Shown here one piece after another: positions 1 to 9,096 of a DNA stretch of 64,000 nt (positions are counted from its first letter, which is position 1; each line of letters starts with the position of its first letter). A program made the position numbers and the translations under genes. The stretch is taken from the IMG/VR virus record IMGVR_UViG_3300042465_000293, positions 3,241 to 67,240 of that record; one strand, written 5' to 3'. The notes beneath the pieces are model-generated. The model worked only from the letters and a program-made list of their open reading frames with translations, ran no database searches and was not told where the DNA came from. The stretch is from a virus.

Positions 1-996
1 CGATAGAACAAGCCTTCGCCTGTGCGTACGCTGTCTACGTTTTGCTCTTTACAGAAACCCAAGAGGGCAGACTTTACCTTGTCCATCTGTCCTTTGAGCT
101 TCTTCTCCTCAGTCTCGTAGGCCACACGCATCTCGTCGTGCTTGGCCTTCATCTTGAGGTACACCCTGACCAGCTTTTCGGGGGCTACGGCAGGGGTTGC
201 GGGGGTTGCTTCGTCTGTCACTTCGTTCTCCGTTTGTTGTTGGGGTTTTTATTATAGTGGCGTTTTACCAATTATTCAAGTATTTCTTTGTAAAGATCAA
301 CTATTTTTGAGTGAACGTCGATTTTATTATCTAATAAGTTGTAAACGTGTCTTTCTACACCTGACCCCACCAGTTGTACCACTGTAGAGGGGTGACGCTG
401 ACCCGAACGATGGACTCGGGCGTTGGCTTGGGCGTAAGTCTCAAGGGAGGATGTCGGCCCCCACCACACCACCGTATTGGCCGCTGTGAGGGTCACGCCG
501 TGCGCGGCGGCTTGTGGTTGGATGACAAGTACCTTGGTGCCGTTTGGCTCGGTCTGGAAGCGATTAAAGATGTCGGTGCGTTTGTGCACGGGCACATCGC
601 CACTGATCACCTCGGTTGTGTAGCCGTCAGCGTTGAGCTTGTCGGTCAGGATGCTGATCACATGCTTGAACGGCACGAACACAAGCACCTTCTGACTTGA
701 CTCGTCAATCACCTCGGTCAGCACGTTGTAGCGGTTCTTGATGTCGAACTCCAAGGTCTCGCCTGAGTCGGAGTACACCGCACCACAAGATATTTGCAGG
801 AGCTTGGACATGTTCACTGCGGCGTTGACCGATGTGATTTCTTCCCCTGCGGCTTGCACCACCATGCGACTCTTGAGCATGCCGTAGTAGCGTTCCTGTT
901 GCTTGGTCAACTCGACTCGGCGCTTGGTGTAGGTCATCTCAGGCAAGTCAAGGCACTCGTCCTTGGTGTACCTGATGGCGGGTTGCAAGCACTCGA
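1..996. repeat. Terminal redundancy from circular wrap, copy 1; same sequence as 63005-64000; unit genome 63,004 bp
   Basis: cgatagaacaagccttcgcc starts at 1 and at 63005; the ORF track repeats with offset 63004. Confidence 0.97.
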
Positions 997-1813
997 ACAC
1001 AGTTTGCGTTGCGGTCTCTTTGGCAAGCCAACGAAAGTTGTTGAGCTTGGTCATCACCATGTCGCGGAAAGTTGTGAAGAACTTGGGGACACCTTGTGGG
1101 TTGACTAATTTTGCAAGGCCATACGCATCGAGTGGTGACTGAGCGGCAGGGGTGCCTGTCATCATCCAAAGCCATGTCTCAGCCTTGACCAATGAGTTGA
1201 GCACCTTCCACCGCTTGGTCTGTACGTTTTTGTAGGCGTTTGCCTCGTCAATCACAATCAAATCGAAGCCGCCCTTGGCGATGTCCTCGGCGACGATCTC
1301 CACGCCGTCATAGTTGATGATCACAAACTCAGCGATGCCGTTGATGATGGCCTTGCGCTTTTCTTTTGCGCCATACGCTATGTCAACTGATCGGTGCATG
1401 GCGAACTTAAACAGGTCGGCTCTCCACGCTGAATCCATGATTGACAGAGGGCAGATCACAAGCACCCTGCGGATTCGTTTTTGTTTGAGGAGGTAGTCTG
1501 CCGCCCAAATGACTGACCCTGTTTTGCCTGTGCCTTGCTCGTTCAAACAGAACGCTCGGCGGTTCATTGTGAGGAATGCGGCTGTTGTCTTCTGATGGTC
1601 AAACGGCTTGTATTGGCCGGGCCAATCGTAGCGTCCCATGATGGGTGATGGCACGTTTTTTACACGTAGATTCTTGAGGACTTGCGCCTCATCTAACCCC
1701 CAGTGCACCAACACTTGGTTGTTTGGAAGTTCCCTACTTTTAGGGATAACTGTGGTGACGCGATGCGGGTTACGCAACGTCAACAACAGAGCTTTGTTGT
1801 CTATGATTTCCAA
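272..1813 (-). CDS. SNF2-family (SF2) helicase
   Basis: Walker A EQGTGKT, motif II DEAN, MTGTP, QANARVHRSGQ. Start placed at TTG 1813 because GGAG SD lies at 1820-1823; the ORF track starts at 1861. Confidence 0.92.
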   Translation of the reverse strand: MEIIDNKALLLTLRNPHRVTTVIPKSRELPNNQVLVHWGLDEAQVLKNLRVKNVPSPIMGRYDWPGQYKPFDHQKTTAAFLTMNRRAFCLNEQGTGKTGSVIWAADYLLKQKRIRRVLVICPLSIMDSAWRADLFKFAMHRSVDIAYGAKEKRKAIINGIAEFVIINYDGVEIVAEDIAKGGFDLIVIDEANAYKNVQTKRWKVLNSLVKAETWLWMMTGTPAAQSPLDAYGLAKLVNPQGVPKFFTTFRDMVMTKLNNFRWLAKETATQTVFECLQPAIRYTKDECLDLPEMTYTKRRVELTKQQERYYGMLKSRMVVQAAGEEITSVNAAVNMSKLLQISCGAVYSDSGETLEFDIKNRYNVLTEVIDESSQKVLVFVPFKHVISILTDKLNADGYTTEVISGDVPVHKRTDIFNRFQTEPNGTKVLVIQPQAAAHGVTLTAANTVVWWGPTSSLETYAQANARVHRSGQRHPSTVVQLVGSGVERHVYNLLDNKIDVHSKIVDLYKEILE

Positions 1814-1909
1814 TTCGTTCTCCAGCGCAAACGGCATAACGGAGCGAAGTGGGTGTCCCACTCGCTCGTCGCCGTCGAAGTTCTAATCTAACCGAACGCG
1901 CAGTGCGCG

Positions 1910-2209
1910 TCAAGCGGGTTTCTTCCCGCCTTTTTCTTTTGTGCTGTGACCGTTACGGGCACGGTTCTTTGAAGGCGAAACGATGCGCAGCCCGTCTTTG
2001 TTTGAGCCACCTTTGGATAACATCTTTACGTGGTCAATGTCTTTGCCTTCCCGCTTGTCAGCCTTGCCGTTGCCATTCGCATCGGGGGAACTGGCATCAA
2101 CTTTTCGACGAGCGCGTTGGCGCTCCATGCGGTCGGGGTGTTCGCCCCGTTCCTTTTGCTTTTGGTACTCGGCCTTGTAGGGTCGGGGGGATTTGGTGTA
2201 TGGCATCAC
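1910..2209 (-). CDS. Small HNH-type endonuclease
   Basis: DIDHVKMLSKGGSN...NRARN HNH-like signature. Confidence 0.7.
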   Translation of the reverse strand: MMPYTKSPRPYKAEYQKQKERGEHPDRMERQRARRKVDASSPDANGNGKADKREGKDIDHVKMLSKGGSNKDGLRIVSPSKNRARNGHSTKEKGGKKPA

Positions 2210-2418
2210 TGCTCCCTTGCTTTAAGCATTGCGTCTGCCATTTTGTATGCGTTGGTTGCATAAACTTCCAGTGGCACTTCGCTAACAATACCACGGCTAA
2301 CAATTGCTTGCATTGCGGCCTTTGCAAATTCGTCTCGTAGACGTTCAAATTCGTCAAGTTCCGTAGTCAAATCGTCCATAGCGGCGAGTTGTTCTTGCAT
2401 AATTTCGTGAGCGTTCAT
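2206..2418 (-). CDS. Hypothetical phage protein (LRDEFAKAAMQ ... AYKMADAMLKAR type)
   Basis: Overlap-coupled with the next gene; start trimmed to ATG 2418. Confidence 0.7.
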   Translation of the reverse strand: MNAHEIMQEQLAAMDDLTTELDEFERLRDEFAKAAMQAIVSRGIVSEVPLEVYATNAYKMADAMLKAREQ

Positions 2419-2420
2419 GA

Positions 2421-3101
2421 TCAGTCGTTCCTTCCGTTGTGTTGGCATGATAAAACAACACAGTGTCTCTTGCAAAGCCCTGACGTACGGGGGTTCCATA
2501 CGTTGGTCTCGTAAGCTCTTTTCATACGGCCATGGTCGCGGAGCCACTTCTCCCATAGCTTGGGCTCGTCCACGGCTCGGTCGTAGCTTGCCTTGGGGAA
2601 CTGCTTGGCGATGACAAACAACAGCCCACCCTTGACGCGCTTGACCTCGGGGAAGTGCTTGAATACGGCAAGCGCCATCAACTCAAGCTGTCCGGTGTCA
2701 GCGTATTTGGCACTCTTTCCGGTCTTGTAGTCAACCACCCGTGCAGTGCCATCGTCCTCAAGGATGATCAGGTCAGCGATGCCTCGCCACCACACGTTTG
2801 GGTCTTTGAATCCGCACGGCTCCAAGTCCTCGGTCAACCCCATCTCGTACTCACACAGCTTTTGGCCAGCGCGATGCTTGAGGTTATCCAATGAACTCTT
2901 AGCGTACGAGAACTGAGGGGGCAGGGGGGTGTCGTCACGTATGTATAGCTCAGCCGCCTCGTGAAAGGCGGTGCCGTAAATCAGGTGCTCTGCACCCTGA
3001 TCTTCTTGGAAGTCTTTGACAACCTTCAAGTGGTAGAACTTCTTTGGACACTGCTCGAATGTCTTGATCGACGAGAACGACCATGCGGGTATTTTTGTCA
3101 T
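2421..3101 (-). CDS. PD-(D/E)XK exonuclease (RecB/Cas4-like)
   Basis: WSFSSIKTFEQCP, GTAFH, RGIADL, VVDYKTGK, QLELMA, C-terminal Cys cluster. Confidence 0.88.
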   Translation of the reverse strand: MTKIPAWSFSSIKTFEQCPKKFYHLKVVKDFQEDQGAEHLIYGTAFHEAAELYIRDDTPLPPQFSYAKSSLDNLKHRAGQKLCEYEMGLTEDLEPCGFKDPNVWWRGIADLIILEDDGTARVVDYKTGKSAKYADTGQLELMALAVFKHFPEVKRVKGGLLFVIAKQFPKASYDRAVDEPKLWEKWLRDHGRMKRAYETNVWNPRTSGLCKRHCVVLSCQHNGRND

Positions 3102-3316
3102 GCTTTGCCTCTTGCTCGAATCTGTTCAGCAACTCCAGTACGTGGAAAACCATTGCAATTCCAATTTTCTGCAATGTCTGCGCAAGCCTCACGCTCTGCT
3201 TCTATTGCGCTGTTAACGAGCATCACCAAATGCGGGGTTGATACAGTCCACGTTGTGTAGTGCGTGTTCTCTTCCACCACTTTGCGCAACGCTTTAATAA
3301 TTTCATCTTGTGTCAT
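3098..3316 (-). CDS. Hypothetical phage protein (EREACA...IRARG type)
   Basis: 4-bp overlaps with both neighbours. Confidence 0.7.
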   Translation of the reverse strand: MTQDEIIKALRKVVEENTHYTTWTVSTPHLVMLVNSAIEAEREACADIAENWNCNGFPRTGVAEQIRARGKA

Positions 3317-3498
3317 TTCTTCATGTTCCTTACGAATACCGCAAACGATGCGGCGGTGTCTCCGAGCACTTTCATCTTGTCGAACTCTTTGGCAACTTCT
3401 TCAAGCGTTTGGTTGCGAACAACCTGCTGAAACGTAGCGGCAAACATCCGCTCCTTCGCGGTGTCAACGTAATCTTGGATGTCGTCATCGTCGGTCAT
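3313..3498 (-). CDS. Hypothetical protein
   Basis: Coupled ORF (MTDDDDIQDY...RNQTLEEVA). Confidence 0.7.
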   Translation of the reverse strand: MTDDDDIQDYVDTAKERMFAATFQQVVRNQTLEEVAKEFDKMKVLGDTAASFAVFVRNMKK

Positions 3499-3617
3499 TT
3501 GTAAACCGGCACAATGTCGCCGCCAAAGTCTGTTTGAACATTCTTGGCCTCACGCTCAGTCCAAAAGAACCGCGCTTCGTGCCTCTCTTTTACCCATACA
3601 TATCCAAACGGTTTCAT
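3495..3617 (-). CDS. Hypothetical 40-aa protein absent from the ORF track (MKPFGYVWVKERHEARFFW...)
   Basis: Fills the gap exactly with ATGA overlaps at both ends; GGAGG SD upstream. Confidence 0.7.
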   Translation of the reverse strand: MKPFGYVWVKERHEARFFWTEREAKNVQTDFGGDIVPVYK

Positions 3618-4123
3618 GGTTGACCTCCAAAGACAGAACCGATGATGCTTGTTGCCACTGCGTTCTTTGTAGCCGCCATAGACTTGGCAAGGTTGGCGCT
3701 GTAATCCATCTCCATTTGCTTAGGCTCAACCGACTGCCGTATTTCTTGTACCCGTTGTAAGCAGGTCAGGATGGCAAGTTTCTCTGCGTCATCGTACAGT
3801 GCGCCGGTTGACTCGTGGAGTAGCGCATCCTGCACCTGTTTGATTACGTCGAGCTTTTCGTTGATCAAACGGTCACGCCAATTTCGCGTTGCCCACTCTA
3901 TGAACACCTGTGCGGAAATGTCAGCGTTACCATCGAAATGCAACTCGTTGCCATTGAAGTCAAAGCGCCCGACTTCCTTACCATTCGGCCCATGGAATAC
4001 GATGTTATGGTTCTGTTTCTGCGCCCCAATCTGCACTGAGTTCAGCGTTTGGTTTGCCGTGTTGTTGATGAGATACGTGTTGGGGTCAACAGCCCCAATC
4101 TGACTCCATGTGTTGTTACTCAT
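3614..4123 (-). CDS. Hypothetical protein
   Basis: 169-aa ORF coupled to the polA stop codon. Confidence 0.7.
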   Translation of the reverse strand: MSNNTWSQIGAVDPNTYLINNTANQTLNSVQIGAQKQNHNIVFHGPNGKEVGRFDFNGNELHFDGNADISAQVFIEWATRNWRDRLINEKLDVIKQVQDALLHESTGALYDDAEKLAILTCLQRVQEIRQSVEPKQMEMDYSANLAKSMAATKNAVATSIIGSVFGGQP

Positions 4124-5949
4124 TAGCAGTCTCCATAAGATTTGCCACTGCCTGACTCACAGTTCACAGGCAGACCCTTTGCCCACTCGGGCACCCATCG
4201 CATGCACTCCTCAACATACTGCGTTGCGGGTACGACCTCAATATCTGGTACGCACACAGCAATCGCGTCATGCACAGTTAGCACAACCTTGTATCGCTTA
4301 CCGATCTTGAGCATCTGCTCAGCGATGATGCAACGTGCGATGGCTTGGCATACGTTCTCAATCACCTTGCCGCCGTAGATACGGGTGCGACCCTTGCGTG
4401 TCTTGTAATGGAACTCGATACCCTTGTCGGTTTGGTCGAACTTCAGGTCGTCGTAACGCATCAGCAGACCCGAGGGTAAGCGGATGGCAGTCTCACTCGG
4501 CACCACTTCAAGCACACCCCGGCGTCCGAGAGGTGCGGCCTCGCCCCTTGACATGTTTACAAGAGCGTTCTGAGCCTGTCGCCACAGCCTGACCACGGCA
4601 TCGTTGGTGCGTCGATAAATGTCGATGATGCGCCTTGCCTCATCAGTGTCCACCTCAGCGCCCATGCCCTTGAGTTGGGCTTGAAACTTCACAGCGCCCA
4701 TGCCGTAACCCGCGCCAAGGATTGTGGTCTTACCCACGAACCGCTCGTCCTTGCTGATCTCAAACTCGGGCTTGCCGTAGATAGCCGAGGCCATCTTCTT
4801 GTACACATCCTTGCCTTCAGCAAAAGCTGTTACCAAGTCATCTTGTTCCGACAGCCATGCCAGCACCCGCGCTTCGATCTGTGCAGAGTCAGCGTCAATG
4901 ATGGTGTAGCCCTCGGGCGCGATGATTGACTTCTTGAGCTTGTTGGCGTTGTTGCCACGGCTTGGCAAGTTCTGCATGTTGATCTTGTCGTCACCACCAA
5001 ACCGTCCAGTGTGTGCGGCGTAGTAACGAATCGGCACAGGCAACTTGCCGCGCTTGGAGATGTCGATGAACCGTTGGGTGCGTGTCTCCTCAAGCGTTGA
5101 CTTGGTGCCCAAGCGGGCGGCGACAAGTGTCTGCACCCTGACATCTTCATGGTCAGCAAGGGCTTTGAACTCCTCGTCACTCTTGGCGAACGCATAGGTC
5201 TGCTTACCCGTGGCAGGGCTTGTCTTCATTGGAGGCTCGACGCCGAACGAACGGAGCAGTTCAGCAAACTTCTCATTGCTCATCAGTTCAGTCTTGTCCA
5301 CACCCGAGGATGTCAACAGGTCTTCCTTCATCTGCTTGATGCCAATGAGGTGTTGTTGCAACATGTCGCCGTCCAACTCAAGCATGGGGTCGATGAACAT
5401 GCGCAGGGTCTGATCAATCACACGCAACTCTTGCTTGGGAAAATCTTTAGACAAGATGTTGAACAGTTGATACGTGAGTTCCACATCGTTGATGCAGTAG
5501 TCACCGTACCGTGCGAGTTCCTCGTCGCTGAAGTTCAGTCGTCTTTTGCCGAGGGCGTTAACGACTTCTGTTCCTTTTTCCCCGAGCCCATACCGCTCAG
5601 TAAGAGCTTTAAGCGAACCCCCAACTTCCACGCCGTGAAGGGCACGGCCCATACACAGAGTGTCAAGCCAACCCCGAGGATTAATACCGAAACGCCAAGA
5701 CAGGATAGCCCCGTCAAAAAGGGTGTTGTGCGCCAAGACAAACCCCCGCTCCCATTCAAAATTGCTCTGAAGCCACTGTTTGATTTGTTGATGTGTTCCA
5801 CTTGCCCACTCCGTTTCTTGGTTGTTTACTTTGACAGCCACGCCAATGACTTCAAATAAGTCAGAGCGCACGTATTCTTCGGTTGTAATCTTCGACAGCG
5901 AGAAGTCGCGGTCGTAGTACGTTTCAAAGTCAATTGTTATTAAGTTCAT
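4123..5949 (-). CDS. polA: Family A DNA polymerase with 3'-5' exonuclease
   Basis: ExoI IDFETY, HNTLFD, YCINDV; motif A DSAQIEAR, motif B KTTILGAGYG, motif C TVHDAI. Confidence 0.95.
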   Translation of the reverse strand: MNLITIDFETYYDRDFSLSKITTEEYVRSDLFEVIGVAVKVNNQETEWASGTHQQIKQWLQSNFEWERGFVLAHNTLFDGAILSWRFGINPRGWLDTLCMGRALHGVEVGGSLKALTERYGLGEKGTEVVNALGKRRLNFSDEELARYGDYCINDVELTYQLFNILSKDFPKQELRVIDQTLRMFIDPMLELDGDMLQQHLIGIKQMKEDLLTSSGVDKTELMSNEKFAELLRSFGVEPPMKTSPATGKQTYAFAKSDEEFKALADHEDVRVQTLVAARLGTKSTLEETRTQRFIDISKRGKLPVPIRYYAAHTGRFGGDDKINMQNLPSRGNNANKLKKSIIAPEGYTIIDADSAQIEARVLAWLSEQDDLVTAFAEGKDVYKKMASAIYGKPEFEISKDERFVGKTTILGAGYGMGAVKFQAQLKGMGAEVDTDEARRIIDIYRRTNDAVVRLWRQAQNALVNMSRGEAAPLGRRGVLEVVPSETAIRLPSGLLMRYDDLKFDQTDKGIEFHYKTRKGRTRIYGGKVIENVCQAIARCIIAEQMLKIGKRYKVVLTVHDAIAVCVPDIEVVPATQYVEECMRWVPEWAKGLPVNCESGSGKSYGDC

Positions 5950-6433
5950 CTTGCACCTGTGTTGTCGAGAAATACGAGTTCATCACTTCGCGGTAATCAA
6001 ATTCTTCGGTGAAGCAATCTTCGATGCTCACAAAGTCCAAGCCTGTCCGTACCACTGCATCGTTGTAGACAAACATGTGTGACGGCACTGACAATCGGTT
6101 GTGCACAAAGTCATGCCCATCGAGCGTAGCTCTCCACACACCGCTTGTCTTGACCTTCTCCGAGTCGGGTGCACGTGACTGCACCAAGCCCCAATACTTG
6201 AGGTGCCCGATAGAGTTCGAGCGCAACATGAACAGTGGCACGTTGTCACGTGTGTTGACCCATCCGTTCTCTGCACCCGCTGATACGCTCACGAGCCACG
6301 CCAGTGAACGCGCCATGCCGCCAGTCAGTTTGACCTTGTTGACTTTACCCCACCGATCACACACGGGGCAGTAGCCACCGTCTGATTCGATCATGTTGCG
6401 CCAGTTGTGACGCAGTGTTGCTTCTTCTGTCAT
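5930..6433 (-). CDS. Hypothetical protein with CxxC and possible winged helix
   Basis: GYCPVCDRWGK; LKYWGLV; AGGAG SD. Confidence 0.75.
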   Translation of the reverse strand: MTEEATLRHNWRNMIESDGGYCPVCDRWGKVNKVKLTGGMARSLAWLVSVSAGAENGWVNTRDNVPLFMLRSNSIGHLKYWGLVQSRAPDSEKVKTSGVWRATLDGHDFVHNRLSVPSHMFVYNDAVVRTGLDFVSIEDCFTEEFDYREVMNSYFSTTQVQDELNNN

Positions 6434-6454
6434 CTTCGTTCTCCTGTTATGTTG

Positions 6455-6772
6455 TTAAGACCACGAGCCGAGTTGCGTTACCTCGCGTAGCTTTTGTAGG
6501 TAATGCTTGGCTTTGCCACCGTCATCGCTCCCATCCTTGCGCCCTGCGCGTAGGCTGTACTTGATGATGTTGCCTTTGAGAAACCCAATGAATTCCTCGT
6601 GGGTCAACACCGCTTCCATCACCGCCCATGGTTGTATGGGCATGTCTTTGTAGTGTGTGCCACTAACTTGCATGTCATCTGCTTTCGCTTCCATCATTAA
6701 CACTCCGTCTTTATCAATGCGGGGGTCATAACATGCGCACCCCCGTTCTGCGCATCCTCGATCTGCGATCAC
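6455..6772 (-). CDS. DUF3310 / SaV-like protein
   Basis: VSGTHY...GFLKGNIIKYSLRAGRK...KAKHYL. Confidence 0.85.
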   Translation of the reverse strand: MIADRGCAERGCACYDPRIDKDGVLMMEAKADDMQVSGTHYKDMPIQPWAVMEAVLTHEEFIGFLKGNIIKYSLRAGRKDGSDDGGKAKHYLQKLREVTQLGSWS

Positions 6773-6793
6773 ATTAGTGCCTCCTCGTATTCG

Positions 6794-7039
6794 TCAATCG
6801 TTGTACTCGCGTTCGCGGTGTGCTTGCGTCCCCACTTCGCCAACTCTTTCGGGCACACCGTCCCGAAAGGCCAACTTGGATACGGCAATGATGCGTTCCA
6901 GTGTGACTTTGAATCGTGCGTTGTCATCAAGTGCTCGGTCGAGTTCTTGTTGCAGTCGTTCATTACGTGCCCTCATCAATCTGTTTTCACTTTCTAATTC
7001 AGCGACCATAAGGTCAAGGTTTCTTTCATCATCTGTCAT
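6794..7039 (-). CDS. Hypothetical coiled-coil protein
   Basis: ELESENRLMRARNERL; coupled to the upstream stop. Overlapping ORF 6769-6963 may also be partly coding. Confidence 0.65.
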   Translation of the reverse strand: MTDDERNLDLMVAELESENRLMRARNERLQQELDRALDDNARFKVTLERIIAVSKLAFRDGVPERVGEVGTQAHREREYND

Positions 7040-7230
7040 TACCGTAACTCCCCTTGCACCACACCCACTTCAAGCAGGGTGTACTTCTTAGTCGGGTCTT
7101 GGCTGTCGAGCGTTGCTTTGATGTGTTGTGCCGCTTGCCAGTCCTTGTATGCCATATTGTTGACAACACCGCTGTCGCTACCGTCCCAATAACCCCACAG
7201 GATTACCCACACTTTGTTTTCTTCAGTCAT
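7039..7230 (-). CDS. Hypothetical protein
   Basis: Coupled ORF with GGAG-AGAACGAA leader. Confidence 0.7.
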   Translation of the reverse strand: MTEENKVWVILWGYWDGSDSGVVNNMAYKDWQAAQHIKATLDSQDPTKKYTLLEVGVVQGELR

Positions 7231-7700
7231 TTCGTTCTCTCCACAATAGGGCGCATCCTGCGCTGTTTATATTCCTCGTCCACGATCTTGAATGCACGTT
7301 CCATGTCCTTGACTGTGATAGCGTCCATCTGTGCATCGTGTAACTCCATCAGGGTATTCAGGGCTCTCATCTCCGCAGACCGCAAGATAAACCGTCCATT
7401 CTCAGCGCCGCGCTTACCCACTGCATGCAAGGCATCAAGCCCCGTACTCACCTCTGTTGCGTAGTCACGACCAAACCCCATGCGATACAACGCTTCCACA
7501 AAGTTAGCCATGGGTATCAGCGTATCCATGTCTTCACGTGTTGCCTTGCCTTGCGTCAGGTTGGTCATGGCCATGTGGTTCTTGATCTTCAGGTCAATCA
7601 AGAAGTTGTCGTGCTTTGCCACGGGGGTCATGCTTTCAATGACGTACGCCATCGGATTCATGATCACCCCTTTGGGTCTGTACTTGCTACGCTTACGCAT
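7227..7700 (-). CDS. Conserved hypothetical phage protein (MRKRSKYRPK)
   Basis: 157-aa coupled ORF. Confidence 0.75.
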   Translation of the reverse strand: MRKRSKYRPKGVIMNPMAYVIESMTPVAKHDNFLIDLKIKNHMAMTNLTQGKATREDMDTLIPMANFVEALYRMGFGRDYATEVSTGLDALHAVGKRGAENGRFILRSAEMRALNTLMELHDAQMDAITVKDMERAFKIVDEEYKQRRMRPIVERTK

Positions 7701-7990
7701 TACATCTCACCGAGTAGGTGCCGCACGTGGTCAATGTTGTCTTCATTGATGACCATCGCAATGCCGCCCATGGCTTTGATGTTGTCTAAGTTCTTTTGCT
7801 GTAATGGTGTAGGCTTGTTCTTACCGGCCTTGCACTCGATACCAAAGAACTTGCCGTGGTAGCACCCAACAATGTCAGGCACCCCACTGCCGCCGTACCC
7901 GCCCGTGACGGGGTAGAAGTAATAGGCGCGGAGTTCCTTGAGAACAGCCACGACTTTCTTCTTGACTTTGACTTCGGGTGTATCAGCCAC
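7700..7990 (-). CDS. VRR-NUC domain nuclease / Holliday junction resolvase
   Basis: PEVKVK...GVPDIV...GIECKAG...PTPLQ. Confidence 0.88.
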   Translation of the reverse strand: MADTPEVKVKKKVVAVLKELRAYYFYPVTGGYGGSGVPDIVGCYHGKFFGIECKAGKNKPTPLQQKNLDNIKAMGGIAMVINEDNIDHVRHLLGEM

Positions 7991-8216
7991 GGCGCTTTCC
8001 TTTGTCGCGTGTCGCTATTTCGTGCAACGCTTCCTCGATAAAACCCATGTGATTGCCTGACCATGCGTCCCATGTTGCTGTGCGTTTTTGATTGATGGTC
8101 AAGTCACCGTTGGGGCTGTGCCGTAGCAATTCCCCCATGTCTTTACAGCTTGCTGTAAATTTCTTCGGTGCCTCTTGGTCGGGGCAGATTGTGTATGTGT
8201 AGGGGAGTTTAGCCAC
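7983..8216 (-). CDS. Hypothetical protein (MAKLPYTYTICP...)
   Basis: 3' part of ORF 7983-8525; GTG 8216 overlaps the stop of the upstream gene. Confidence 0.6.
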   Translation of the reverse strand: MAKLPYTYTICPDQEAPKKFTASCKDMGELLRHSPNGDLTINQKRTATWDAWSGNHMGFIEEALHEIATRDKGKRRG

Positions 8217-8568
8217 GGAACCACCCCTTGATACGTTGCCACAAAGTAGGCGGCTCGACCATGGTGATCTGCATTTCGGGCATGGGCGTGAGCGGGGGTA
8301 TATGTCGATCAACCCACTCGCCCGAGGGGGGCAGTGATGCCAGTTCCCCTGCCTTGACCCTGCGCGTACGCTTGGGAGGCGCACCGATGCCGTCCGTAGG
8401 ATTCGGCAGTTCACCAATCGAGCCAAGGCCACGTGCCTTGTTGAGTTGGTATCGGATGTTATACACAGCTTGTGGTTTGCATTTGATCTTTTCGATAATG
8501 GCTTTGTTGTTGTAGCCGCTATCAATCAGTGAGCGAATGCGCTGTGATGTGGTTGTCTTCTTTCTCAT
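8209..8568 (-). CDS. Putative helix-turn-helix DNA-binding protein
   Basis: N-terminal IRSLIDSGYNNKAIIEKIKCKPQAVYNIR resembles an HTH. Confidence 0.6.
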   Translation of the reverse strand: MRKKTTTSQRIRSLIDSGYNNKAIIEKIKCKPQAVYNIRYQLNKARGLGSIGELPNPTDGIGAPPKRTRRVKAGELASLPPSGEWVDRHIPPLTPMPEMQITMVEPPTLWQRIKGWFRG

Positions 8569-8616
8569 CTTCGTTTCCTTTTAAAGTTAGGTACGTGAAG
8601 CGCACGTACCAACGCA

Positions 8617-9096
8617 TCAAGATGTAGTCTCGGGTGCGTACACCCAATAAACATGACTTGATATTCGACGCCCGACACCCGCCACTTCTTGTGTTGGCGG
8701 TATACCACTCGTAATCATTAACACGGCAAGACGTTCCTTTACCCAGTTAGGTAGATCGTCCGACCGATCATAGTGACCGTTGATGTCTGAGTCAATACTC
8801 GACAACCCGAAACATAAAATATCTATCCCATCGGGAAAGACACTCACACGGTATATGTTGTCATCGTGTACTTTACTCATCACCATCTCAGGCAGTCGCC
8901 CTGCGCTTGCATGTTGGATGTCGTATTGCATCACCGTCCTGATCGCAACGTATTGATCTTCGGGTGCTATCTCCCCGTTGATTATCTTACGCACTGTCTT
9001 GTCAGGCGGCTCGACTGTATTCCAACCCATGTTTGCACGTGGGTCAGACCATCCGAGACTGTAACGCTCGGATGCTTTGTAGATGAGCTTGCTCAT
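8617..9096 (-). CDS. Hypothetical protein
   Basis: Coupled ORF; LPNWVKERLAVL...VAGVGRR resembles the C-terminus of the upstream gene product. Confidence 0.7.
   Translation of the reverse strand: MSKLIYKASERYSLGWSDPRANMGWNTVEPPDKTVRKIINGEIAPEDQYVAIRTVMQYDIQHASAGRLPEMVMSKVHDDNIYRVSVFPDGIDILCFGLSSIDSDINGHYDRSDDLPNWVKERLAVLMITSGIPPTQEVAGVGRRISSHVYWVYAPETTS

Noticed and set aside
8590-8610. Hairpin ggtacgtg-aagcg-cacgtacc as terminator
   Set aside because: No adjacent U tract on the coding strand; could be a processing or stability hairpin but is unsupported.
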